This document shows positions 49,526-63,510 of a stretch of 63,510 nucleotides of DNA, piece by piece. The first letter of the stretch is position 1; each line of letters opens with the position of its first letter. The notes under the pieces are model-generated. The model searched no databases. It was not told the origin of the DNA and worked only from the letters and a program-made list of their open reading frames with translations. The translations under genes and the position numbers were made by a program. The DNA is from Gonapodya sp. JEL0774 (lineage: Eukaryota): the NCBI GenBank assembly GCA_027604505.1, contig JADIIX010000133.1, forward strand, positions 1 through 63,510. The letters are read 5' to 3'.

Positions 49526-50966
49526 ATGGCCACTATTGCCGATCTTGCTCCCCGCTACCCAAACTTCCATCCGCTCTCGGACTTACCGCCCGCTCCCTTC
49601 GCCCCGTCTGTTCTCAAGGACCTCAAGGCGTACCCGCAGCACACACTCTACGGAGTATACCCCGAGTGCGTTTGGACTCATCTACTACTGCCCCGTTAGT
49701 TATCAAGCGATTTTTGGTTGACCACAATCTGTATTCGATATGAAACCAGCTGGGGCAATACCCACCTTCTCAACTACGTTGATGCAATCAACCACGTCCC
49801 CGCCGTTTTCGGTTCCTACTCTGGCATCGGTGACTCTTTCGATCCTACAAACACCTTTGATCACACCAAACAGTTCCTCTCCCTCCACTCTCCGACTATC
49901 CCCATCCTTCTCCTCACGCTTGAAGCATGGGATGGGCTCGACAAGGTGTCTGACAAGGCTCTCGAAACCCTCCGCCAAACCCTCCACCGCCTCGTGTCCA
50001 TCAATGTCAAGGTTATTGTCCGATGGTGTCACGAAATGAATGGGGATTGGTATCCGTGGTCCGGCCCCGATCGCGCAGACTTGTACCGTGATACGTTTCG
50101 ACGAGTAGCACGTGTCGTCAAGTCTGTCGGGCCATTCGTATCCATGATGTGGGCGCCAAATATTTTCATTCCTGGCAAGGGCGAAGAGTGAGTTGCCTGT
50201 TCCAAGTCACAGCGGTTGGCTGACACAGGTTTATACTAGAAACAATTCACTCACCTAACCCCCCTCTTTCATCTGAAATTATAGCCAGTACGAAATTTAC
50301 TACCCCGGGGACGACGTCGTGGATTGGGTTGGACTGTCGGTCTACCATTTCGGAAACAGCTGGCCCTGGAAGAACGAAGTTGGTGCAAATCCCAAAATGT
50401 TCGCACTTTCAAATGTACACGGACCTTCATCTCACTCTGAATTCCCAATTCACTCCCACTATCATCCCTCAAATCCCACACCAGGTTCCCTCCTCTAACA
50501 CTCTCGTTGCCAAAATCCGTAGATTTCACGAGACTTATTCCCTCGCTCTCCGGAAACCTTTTGCTCTTTCCGAAACGTCCGCCGCACTTCACATTCCCGG
50601 TAAGAAGGGCTCACCGAAACCCGCACCGGCGAGCGGGCAAATGGCTGACCTGGAAGCACGGATGAAGAGTGAATGGGCGCGACAGGTGTACCTTGATGCC
50701 TCGGATCGCCTGGAGGGTGGAATCGCATTGGTTGGGTGAGTTCTGTGTCTGTTTGGTAAGGATTTTTCGTAGTTCACCTCCATGTCCGAATTCTACGCTC
50801 CCCCGTCTCCCTGCCCTTGCTTTCGGCACATTACAGGTGGTTCGAGTATCTCAAATACGAGGACAATGAGTGGCGTGATTTTCGATTAGCCACCTCCCCC
50901 AACTTGGGCGTCAAAGCCGCCATGGATGAGGTGCTCCGCGAAGGGAACTTGGTGTTTGCTGGGTAG
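49526..50966 (+). CDS. Glycoside hydrolase family 26 (beta-mannanase-like)
   Basis: VRWCHEMNGDWYPW (acid/base Glu), MMWAPN, YYPGDDVVDWVGLSVY, KPFALSETSA (nucleophile), WFEYLKYED. Confidence 0.9.
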
Positions 50967-51131
50967 GGCGTGGACACGGGGCGAATTTAAAGTTTGCACA
51001 GGGAGTAAACCTCCGGCGGCACTTTGCATATGTGCTCGATTCTCGCAGTCATCAATTTACTGACGCAGTCACAAACTAATTAAAAAGACGTATGCTTTGC
51101 AATACATATACATGTTTGGAGAAATCCGCCA

Positions 51132-53957
51132 TCAAAGTTTCAAGGTTTTAACCAGCTTTCTCGCAAGTAATTTGTAGTTCCACAGGGACCCCTTTAGTCT
51201 CCGAAAGATCACTCCGTGCATTCCAATTCCATAAACGACACAAACCTACAGGGAGCGTCATAGTCCATCGTGTGAAGGAGTAAAAAACTGTTCTCCAGGC
51301 GACTCACCTCGACCTCGAAGTGTTCCCCCCTTTTTCCACGACACGTGAACGTCCAGTGATCCTGATCGTACGTAAACTGGACGCCCTCAGATTTAAGAAC
51401 GCTCGATACTTCTGTGGAAATAAGGATGGGAGGCTTGGAGGAAGTGGTTTCGACACCTGCGATTGCGGTTGCGCTTTGGTTTCTCCTATCTAAAAGCGAT
51501 TCGCAGTAAAGAAAACTCACCAAAAAATGATCGTTTTACAGTTCGGGGTGGTCTGATTTCCTTTTCGGTCCCGTTGTTGTGTTCCCCGAACCGATTCGAG
51601 TTCGGCGTAACTGTTTCAGACTGGTCACCGGCAACCGTCCAGCGGCGAACGTGCCGGAAAGCCTGAGGAAGTTCTGTATTCCCCACATTGTTCCGTGCTG
51701 CGAAAAGGTGATCAAATTGGTTGGGGGTTCCATTCTGATCTGGGGGCTGGGTTGGATCGGTTGTGCAGGACGTGGCGTTCATCTGATCCTGGAGTTCTCG
51801 AAGTGTCACTGCAAATTCTGTTTCTCCTCCAACCGTGGTGCGTCGTTTGTGCGAAAGTGTTCTCCGGCCACTCGGATTGGGAGAATTGTATTTGCTTTTT
51901 GGCATAGAAAGATTTGAATCCTCCTCTTCAATGACACTCGAAGACCCTACAAGACTTTTAGTTGGACTCGTCGCCTTTGGGTCGAGGCTTGTGCAGGATG
52001 GTAGCAGCGTCGTGTTGGAAATGTTGTGAGAACTCGATTGAGAGGAATGCCGAGTCTGCGATAGTGTCGGTGCCGATTCGTTCTCCTTGGGTAATTGAAT
52101 AGAAGCTATGTTGATTGCGGAAGCGGTGCTTATTCGGGATGACTGAGCGCGATACTCTTTCATGAGGTGGTATATTGCGAACTCCTCGCTATTGAGATCT
52201 TCCATGATGGCCTTCCTGACCTTATCAAGGTCTTCAAAACCATAGCATTCCATTCTATGCAAAATTTTATCGTCTATGGTGGTCGGGGGGAACGCTCTGA
52301 CAGGGAGAAATGTTCTCACTGGCGCCGAATGCCCTTCATTGGTCCATGGATGTTCTCGGAGATCATCCACGGTGGCACGTTTGGTGGGGTCCACGTGCAA
52401 CATAGAGTGAAGAATGTCTTGGGCCAGAGGGGAGACGTGATCGGGCACATGGAAGTCACCGACGGTGATCTTTTCGTACTGGATATACCATGAGTGTTAG
52501 ATGTTCCTTTATGAGCTGACCTGACCACAAAACTTACGAGCTCACTGTAGTCCTCGGAATAAAATGGCAATCTCCCGGTTAATAGGGTGTAAAGAACAAC
52601 TCCTGTCGGCAGTTTAAAAGAATGATGAACTGTTGCAGCAACGGAAATGCCCTTCTCTTTAGAAACACTGACCCAGAGACCAAATATCAACCTCCGGTCC
52701 TTTGTATGGACGCGAGTTAACAATTTCAGGAGAGCCTTGTTGAGTAAAGGGAGTTATAAGCTCCATGGCGGGTGTGATTGAAGCCCATGTAACCATCAAC
52801 GAACAGTAAAACGGAGTCCCGCAAAAAGTCTCGAGCGGCTTTCCAGAGGTAGGAAATACATTTGAGAATCCAAAGTCAACAATTTTCACTGTAGTTTGGT
52901 TTTCTCCATCGCCTTCCGATAGCAGAAGGTTCTGCAAATAAACCGAAATTGCCAAAGATAGCTTAAATTTGGCGCTGTATCAGTGAAACGCACCTCTGGC
53001 TTCAAATCGCGATGAATGATGTTGTTATGATGACAATATGAGAGTGCGGATACCATTTGCCTAAACAATTTGCTGGATGACGAGGAGTTGAAACCCGCAC
53101 GGCACAGTCATATTGTTAAAGATTTCACCACTTACCGCGCAATCTTGTCTTGCACTTGTTTGCGCTGCACTATGTACTCGAAAAGCTCGCCCTGGAATGG
53201 GCCAGGCATGAATTGGTAATGCAGCCGTCCGAGAAATCGTTTGCTCCTTCATTGTTGGGGCACTTACCCCATCAATGTACTCCTGAACAAGCATAATTTC
53301 ATTTGATGTCTCCGCAACTTCATACAAACGCACGATGTTGGGGTGCCTTAGCAATTTCAGAATGCTGGGATTGCGGAGGTTCTCTGACACCGTATAACCC
53401 CGGGCCGTAAAGAAGCACCACAAGACATACCGAATCTCGCGTTTGAGACGAATGATTTGCGAGTCGCTTTCGAGGTCTGCCTTGTCGAGAAACTTAATCG
53501 CATATTTTTGCCCTTCCGCATCCACACACAGTTTCACTCTTGCATAAGTTCCCTCCCCAATCGTTTTCAAGGGCATGTAGCGGCCCAGTATCATGTGGCT
53601 CCTCTCAGAAGCGATGCTTGCGGGTACAAAGGTCTTCAAGGGTCTCAGGGAGTTATAGGTGTGATCTTCTGTTGGTACCTTTCCGACTGAGCCTGTCTGG
53701 CTGGTGTGTGTCCGCGAGTTCTCCATTGCATCTTCATTCTTTCGGAAGTCATTGTGCGTGGCTCTGTGTGGATGAACGTGGTCCATGGCACCCGCGGTAT
53801 CGAAAGAGTGAGGATATTCATTCGCACGGACGTAATCAGGTAAGGACGCCCTGTGGGCCACCAAACCTTCACTACCTTCGCAGGCTCCCTGTTGAGTCAT
53901 TCTACAAACTGTATTTCTGACGTTACTTTTAGTGCGCGCATTCTCATTTATTCTCAT
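51132..53957 (-). CDS. CAMKL Ser/Thr kinase with C-terminal KA1 domain (MARK/Kin1-like)
   Basis: [54 protein letters not shown]-like region, KA1 end [28 protein letters not shown]. Confidence 0.92.
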
Positions 53958-54211
53958 CTACATATCAGAACACCAAAGATCCACTTTTGCGAGCTTTTGC
54001 CTTCATTGGGGCAAATTAACAGTGAACTTAAATTGCAAGCATCACAACCTGCAATACGTGAGATGCTGGCAATTTAAGTAAGACGTTTTAAGTGCTATAG
54101 TGATTCTCTTTCCTCAGATGAGAATATGAGCAATTGAACCATCAGGAAATCATTGGACGATCTCCATGGCAAACGCATGGGCATAACAATAATAATTTAA
54201 GCGCCCTATTG

Positions 54212-56472
54212 TCACCATTCCACACCTCTAGCCCCGCAAGCCGCTTCCTCTTCACAACCCGGCATGACCTCTACCCTCGGCTTTCCCCTCTCAATCCTGC
54301 TGCCTGTTCGCTGCTCCGCTTCCACATGTTCGGCACATCGTGTGCGAACCCAGTTCTGATAGAAAATGACTCCCGATTCCCGCTCGGGGTGGAGGATACC
54401 CGTGGAATACACAGATTTCTCCAGATTTTGTTGGGCGGCGTTGATAAGGTCATAGTCCTGAAATGAAAAATGCGGCAAGTCTGTTCTTTGCATGACCATT
54501 TACCGGGAAATCAATAAATACCTCTTGATCCACTTGCTTCATGAACTTGATGTAGTCCTCTATGGCAGCGACAGACTCATCCTTGTGTCGATAAATATCG
54601 ACTTCCATCCGAGTTTTCGTGGCAGATATTGGGTTCGCTCGTTGCGTGGAAATGCAAGTTGAGTAGATGTTGATGGCCTGGCGGAGTGACAAGAGTCAAA
54701 GTTCAAAGCAAACCCCAGCGGAACCAAACACGTCAAATCAGTGCTCATTACCGCATCAAAACGGATCATCACCCACTTGATTCGGCAACAAGAACAACCA
54801 CGCGCCATCTGCAGCTCCAGTAGCGTCACCCTTGGTCTCCTCCTTCCGAGCCACCTTGTGTCTGCAGAACAGACCCTGTGGGTACGACTCCACAGCGTAA
54901 GTTTGCATCATGAACGAGGCGTTGAGGGTGGGATCTGCAAGGAGATTTGCATTATTGATGGAATATGTTGAGATAATTATGGAAACGATCGAAGCCTAAC
55001 GTACGCGCGATGGTACAGTGATAACTGACATGAGGCAGCTGTCAACGAGGATTTGTTTGCGGCAGGGCAAAGCACAAACCCGACTCACCATTCCTGGAAC
55101 CCATCGCAGAACGCCTTCCAGTTCACATTCAAGTCCGTGGACACTGTGGTGTAACTTTCGAAATGGAGGGGACTCCGTGAGACCGTTGCTCCAGGTTTCG
55201 ATTGAGCACTCTGCTTCCCACTCACTACTCGTACTCGCCCCACTTCCACCCGCCCATGATCTCCGCAAGTCCCTTGTGACTCTCGTCAAATGGCTCGACA
55301 TCTCCCTCGGTAAAATTTACGAAAATGAAGCCCTTGCAGATAAAATGCCCCCGTGAGTGTCAAAATTTTCTCGATCGGTTCTGTGAACGTTCGATCGGTC
55401 GTGTGTTACGTCGGAGGGTACGTACCTGGGGTTTCATTTCGTGGACGTGGATCGGATAGAGACTGTTCTCTTCCCGCTTAAACGACTCCACGTTTTCGAA
55501 CATGGGAGCCTTAGTGAGCTCTCCCTTTGTGTTGTAGGACCTGGTGATAAGTCGGGACCACACAAAGACGTTGGTTTCCTTCTTTCTTTCGGCTGTCTCC
55601 GACGAGAACGATCTCACCAGCCGTGATACTTGCATCCGAGAACAAGCGTGTTCCCAGATTCCTTGTTCGGCGGCACAACAGGGAATGCGCGGTGACTGTT
55701 CAATGCAATAAGATAGTACCCATGAGTGGGTGCCCTGCCCAATCTGTGAACACGGTCCATAAACAGCTCACCGGCAGATATTGTGGAACCCTCGCACAAT
55801 GCCATCTTGGCCAAGGTGGAGGTAAATAGGGTATCCGGCGAGTCTACCGAGGAAAGATGTGAGTGAAGGCAAAGTGTCGGACAGAAATCATCTCGCCACA
55901 TGTCTGCCCCGCGGAGTTGCCCTGTTCCACCGAAAACACACACTCACTCGAATTTCTTGTAGTCGCCTGCTTTCTTGAAGCTAGATCGGTGGGTTGCGTA
56001 CAGCCTAATGAAATGATTGTGCCGGAATCAAATCCTGAAACAGTCACTCTTGTCCATCTTTACCCCGACATCACCACCTTTGAGTTGTTCCCAGATTGCA
56101 CTATTTTTTCACAAAAACCATTTTCGTATCCGTAAATGAAACGGAACTCAAACGAATCGCACGTAGTCCATCGTTTTTGATCGAGGAGGAAGCGTGACTC
56201 AACCGGGCCAGGTTCCTCCATCTCCATCGCTCCGATTTCCAACCCCGATCTCATCCCACTCCCACTCTCTCGTCCTATCTTCAACATCCGCCTGCGATCG
56301 ACTTTTTTTCTTTGTTCTATTGATTCGCCTGGGGAAAGGGGACGACAACCCACCAGCTGGTCGAAAAGATTGCCCTTCGTTCGAGGGCCCAGTGGTCCTC
56401 CGAGGTGTAGAATCGAGCGGGGAGGGTTTCTACAGGGGCGCTGGGGAGTGGGGCGGGGACTGGCTGAGTCAT
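54212..56472 (-). CDS. Rieske non-heme iron oxygenase (choline monooxygenase-like)
   Basis: TLPARFYTS..ERRAIF..W, Rieske ligands FHNICRHRAFP...GCKYHGWSY, NWKAFCDGFQEC, C-terminal QEDYDL..GILHPERESGV. Confidence 0.9.
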
Positions 56473-56907
56473 TGGTGCGTGGACGAGATGGGGAAAGGAA
56501 ATACCGAACCAGGGCGGCCCGCTCGAGGCAGTCGGAAAGGGACAATGCCTCGGACCCCAATCTTTCTCACTGTATGTTACATAAATGCAACAGAATGAAC
56601 GTTTCCGATTCTTCTGATTTCGTCAAGTATCTGAATATGAATGTGGTATTCGGAGGAGAAGCTTTGAATCTGTGAGGTACCCCACGGCCCCCGACATTCT
56701 TTCGTCAAAATGGCTCCATGTCTGGTGTATCATTTATGTATGTCAGCCAGTAACATAGATACGGTCTTCTTGGCATGCCTTATAACAAGTGACTTCCGGC
56801 TGGTGGCACGCTGGCCAAGTGATGATTTCCTCAAGCAAGAAGCGAACGGACAGGGCGAACGTGACAGTTATGTGCAGTATTTATTCGCAAATTTAATAAT
56901 GCGCTCT

Positions 56908-57732
56908 CTACTTAGTGGAAGTCCAGGTGCTGTTTGGGGACACAAGGTGCAATCGAATCAGTCGAGACATGTTCCACCGGCATGACGACACCCCCTCGCC
57001 CATGCCATGCAGGCTCCAATTCTCCATCAGCTACTCACTGCTTCAAGAACCCGTCCTTAGTAGCCAACCGGTTCAGAGAGTCATCAGATTCACCCTGTGC
57101 GCGAACGAAACCCGAGAAAGCGTAGGTGGTGAAGGCACCTGTGTATCGGCCATTGGCGTCGACCTCGCCAATGTTGAGTTGGACACTAGCGTGGTCCTTG
57201 GCCGTGATCAGGCGGCCAGTAGCGGAGCTGGAGGCAGGAGGGGAGGGGCGTCACCGTCCGGTTCAAAGCTTCCTTGTGGCATCAACTCTCAATCTTCAAA
57301 CCCGGGACAAACTCCAAACCCCGTTCACAGAGAATTCCTCCCATTGTCTCAATCCAGTTGGATCACAGAATCCAATATCCTTGGTGTCCACCTGGGCGAA
57401 CGGCAGTCTGCGATTTGAGACTCCTCAATCCTTCCTCGCCCCACCAGTCGTCGCGGCCACAAGCGACATCGCACCGGACTTGTCGCAGGTCCATTTACGA
57501 CGTCTGTGGATGTGATTGTGTTGAAACATCATCCGGCCAAGGTCTTCTCGGTATCCAAAGTCCAGTGTGTCCTTCACTGTTCTCGATGCCACGACGCCTC
57601 CACTGCTCCCCCGGCTCCCCCAGAAGCAATCAATCCACGTATGTACAGAGTCCGAGATGGGAGAGCGATGCGGTGATCTCACCATTTCCTGGGGATGTAG
57701 AGGTCGACGATTTCACCTTTGTCGTTTTCCAT
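56908..57732 (-). CDS. RPS21: 40S ribosomal protein S21 (3 coding exons; probable additional 5'UTR intron ~57740-57835)
   Basis: [33 protein letters not shown]...[25 protein letters not shown]. Confidence 0.97.
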
Positions 57733-58899
57733 TTGGAATCTGGCCAGGCGCGGGAGAAACGGCGACGTGGGCGAGCCCGGTAAAAGAAATTCAGATTCGT
57801 AGAGTGGAGAGACGCCTGCCAGAGTTGCCACTCACTTGTTATCGGTCGATGGATGTGTCCGTGCTGCCAAATCCCCAAGGGTGAAACTGTGGTCGCGTAG
57901 TCACACCGACCCCACACACACCACAATGAAACAGCCGCGCTCTGCTCCCCGCTTGGACCTCGCTCGTCCAGACGCTAGATATTCACCAAAAACAGAAATA
58001 GACAAAGATACGGAGAGCGCCGGGGTGTACTCCGTCATTCACAGTCACTCAACTTGTGCGCATGATGTTTGCTGTCCAAATCATCCACCAGTGCAAAGCA
58101 CCTTCTGAACTTTATCGAGGTTAGTGGGAGGAATGTAGCGGTGAGAGAATACCGGCGGGGTGTGTCAATGCACTGTTGCGAGAACCTAGCACAATCGTAA
58201 AGACTGTTCCACACTCCAAAGACGCATGATTCCATCATAAACAATAGTCATTTGACTTCGAGCTTTTGCGAATGCCCAAGGTCATGCCGAAATGGTGACC
58301 CCTTGGGTGCCTACGCAGGGTGATTTGTCCAGGATACACGCCAAATCATTTTTGGCTCAATGTACCATCTCGATGGCTTCACGTGCAGCGGAGCTAGACA
58401 GTAGATTGTACTACAAGAGAACTGATTGGCTCAGATCTGGATTTTTCGTTCGGAGGTGGTACTTCCTCTCGATGGCAATGCATTCTGCGGAATCGAGAAT
58501 GTCGGCTCCGATTTGGGTCCACTGCAAACAGCCACTTACTAGTCACGGGGCAGAATGAAGTGTACATGCATTGATTTGTATCAGTCTATGGGGCTATTCT
58601 CTTAAAGTAAAGAGTTGCGAATTGAGGATTTTACGCTACTTTGTAGCTTACTGTCTCAGGGGATATCCGCACAATGCCGTCATTAAGCCTAACTTTGATT
58701 TGCATTTGTCGCACTCATTCATACTACGATCCACTTGTTTTTACTCATCATTGAAACGCGTTCAGGTTTCACGGTGCCACATGCCTGCTGTGCCCACCAA
58801 TGACCAGTTCCGATTCCCCAAACCCCCGGTTTCGTACAACAACTTGATTCTTGCATCTTTCCTAATCAACACTTCTTACCAATTCCAATCGTCGTCGAA

Positions 58900-61155
<2,256 letters not shown>

Positions 61156-61684
61156 AGGGGTGAGAGTCAAGTTTCTGGAAACGATGACAGTTTTTGCAGC
61201 AGTATAGAATACAACACCAAATTCCAATGCACTCTTGAATAATATACCTATTCGTCTGACTTTGGCGTGTATCAAATGGTTTGAATTGTTCTGCAAGGAG
61301 TATTCTCCTTTGAAAGTCGATGAACCTAGAAAGCAAATGAACAGTGGTGTTGTGTAACCGTGACGGTTCCGTGAGTCCAGCTTGTATTTCCTATGTATTC
61401 GGTGTATTCCTTCTAGATATCTAGTACGTGATATCCGCGACCGTCACAAAATCTTTTGTCCAAATGGAACCTCTTGAGTTGATCGAACATGAAGTACATG
61501 CCCAGAACTTTGGAGCGTAAAAAGAATCGAACTGCAGCTAGCGGAATTCGACTGTGTTATGCCCCAAATGCGGACTGCACCCAACCATAATTCAACAGAA
61601 CGGAGCTCCACGGTCGCGAGACGTTCCAAGATATCTTTCAGTAAAATCTCCGATTCATCAATTAGTGCAATCTTCGTTCTTTCC

Positions 61685-62452
61685 ATGGACGCATTGCCAC
61701 CTGAGCTGGAGCAACTTCTCACTGTGTTCACACCTTCCGGATTCTACAAAGCTCTGGATCAATTGAGTCACGACTCGGACACATTCATAAAATCTGTGCG
61801 TTTTTGCGCGCGATCGCTCCTCTTTTTCTCGTGGAAGTTTGCAGATGATATCTTCAGGTTTCCTGGGATCATCCCGTAGTTGCAATATTCCTGACCACAC
61901 ATATCTTGTTGTTTACTGCGATCGTTCTATCGCGGAAAAATGAGAGCGCTACACTTTGCTTGATGGCTCTCATTGGTGAGCTCCCACTGCATGTCAAAGG
62001 AGATGGTCCAGCACCTGTCAAATGGAACCCACTTTTCCTCGCCATGACAGTTGCTTTTGCATACGCCTCACCCTATGCTTCGTCATACTTGGAGTCGAGT
62101 CGGTCTTCTGTGGTGGTCGGCTTTGGGAAGCCCGGCACCAAACCTGCTGTGACCCACGAGATGGTGGTTCTGGTATTGTGGGCACTACCACTGGTGATTG
62201 ACATGGTCATTATTGTTGTGAGTATGCGATGCCACTTGGCTGTCAGAGCTGGTTATCATCTGTGACACTCATGAGTCGCACATCGATCCCCCCCGGTCCT
62301 AGTTCTTGCTCCTCTCGAACGTCGGGTCCAGTTTACGGGCTCTTGCCCTCATCAAGCGCCGTGAATCGAAGTCGAAAACCAAAAGTGGAGCGAAGGGCGC
62401 CAGCTCGAGTGCGACTACCACTGGCGAGACGTCGAAGTCGGCAGTGAAATGA
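61685..62452 (+). CDS. TMEM18-like small membrane protein
   Basis: FIKSVSWDHPVVAIFLTTHILLF..SRKN, VLWALPLV, basic C-terminal tail. The pattern resembles TMEM18, but the middle is divergent. Confidence 0.5.
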
Positions 62453-62677
62453 AAAACAGAGGAGGAAGGCGCGGAAGGTGCATAAATGGGCACTCCACAC
62501 TGAATGTTCACACCTCTGCTGTGCATTCCAAAAGTCGATACATGCCACAATGTTACCTACGAGATACGGGAGCTATAAATAAATATGATTGCTCGACCGC
62601 TTCAACGAATGAAGACACTCCCGAATGTCTCATCCCTGGAGGCCATGAATATGAATCGTCCATTTTTGCTCGAATCC

Positions 62678-63464
62678 CTACGTCGTACCACCCACCGACC
62701 CCTCCACATCCTCCTCCCCATACTCCACAATCGAGTCCTCTCGTCTTCGCGTACCCTCCTCACTCATACTCGTAGCTGCACTTTCCCTTCTCCGCGCACT
62801 GGTGACCGCCACCTTCAAACTCTCTCTCAACCTCTTCACTTCCTCGATGGTGGTCGCCAGTCCCGCCACCCACGATCCCAGGCCCTTCACGAGATCCCCT
62901 CGCGAGCTGATGTGCTCTGCGATGGAGAGGTAGGCTGGATTTGCAAAGACGGTGGGTCGGGGAGTACCCGGAGGAGCTGGAGGGTTGTAAGGCGCGGCGG
63001 CAGCGCACAGCTCACAGCGGGGACCAGAGAGGGAAGCGTCGAGGAATGTGGAGGCGCAGGTGGGGCAGTAAGTGTGCTTTTTGTTGTGTGTAGGGGGGGT
63101 GGGGGGGTGGGGGGAAGAGGTCGAGGTGGGAGACGATAATTGTTACTTCGCCGTGTCCGGACCCGCACCCGAGACCCTTGCCTACCCACCCCACACGGCA
63201 CACACGTCACAGGCAAGTTCCCGCTCCCCCCCGCTCTCTGACTCGCTCTCTTCCTCCCCCTTTCCTTCCCCTTCCCATCCTCCTCCCGCACCGGTGCCAC
63301 GACGGGTTCCAAACACCCTGGACACCTCACGAGCGATTCGAGCGTCTCCTCGGCAAGCGCCAGTGCGTCCAGACGGTCGTGCAGGTCGTGTTCGATGCGG
63401 GCGAGCGTGTGAAGGCGAGGGTCCAGGAGGAGGGTTTGGAGGTGGGTGACTTGGGTCGTGAGCG
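62678..63464 (-). CDS. 3' part of a coiled-coil + C3HC4 RING finger protein (5' end outside the window)
   Basis: Spliced reading LESLVRCPGCLEPVVAP-VTCVPCG-HTYCPTC...RCELC gives RING-HC spacing. The true stop is uncertain. Confidence 0.7.
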
Positions 63465-63510
63465 CTGGAGGGGGGATGGGGTGGTGAGGGGGGGGGGGGG
63501 GGGGGGGGTT

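Noticed and set aside
56005..56353. 349-nt first intron of the Rieske gene as an ncRNA or riboswitch host
   Set aside because: No TPP-aptamer core, snoRNA boxes or strong stems seen.
63468..63510. Poly-G runs here and GnTAC repeats at 1-55 as telomeric or functional G4 elements
   Set aside because: Intronic low-complexity tracts at the window edges with no regular telomere unit.

Overview
Gene-dense, intron-rich eukaryotic DNA. Short GT-AG introns, a fungal-type gene set and a centriolar C2CD3 homologue point to a zoosporic early-diverging fungus (chytrid/monoblepharid-like; inference). I reconstructed about 24 spliced genes by eye: a terminal exon ending in a PTS1, a secreted Phi-1/EXORDIUM-like protein, Hcs1/IGHMBP2 helicase, HEN1 small-RNA methyltransferase, a tandemly duplicated C2H2 zinc-finger gene, a mitochondrial carrier, NCS6/CTU1, a probable F-box/ankyrin-like pseudogene, HEATR5/Laa1, a single-dsRBD protein, a UBA-UAS-UBX protein, C2CD3, a CREST-like membrane protein, a rhomboid pseudoprotease, HUL5/UBE3C, an aldo-keto reductase, GH26, a KA1 kinase, a Rieske oxygenase, RPS21, ERG10 thiolase, a TMEM18-like protein and a partial RING protein. 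The most unusual region is 7.3-14.2 kb. There, a HEN1 with an acidic WG/GW tail is divergently transcribed from a 2,576-bp tandem duplication. The two zinc-finger copies look homogenised except in the last exon, and each carries three 33-nt hairpin-forming repeats downstream of its stop codon. Exon boundaries were placed manually and family calls rest on motif recognition, not database searches.
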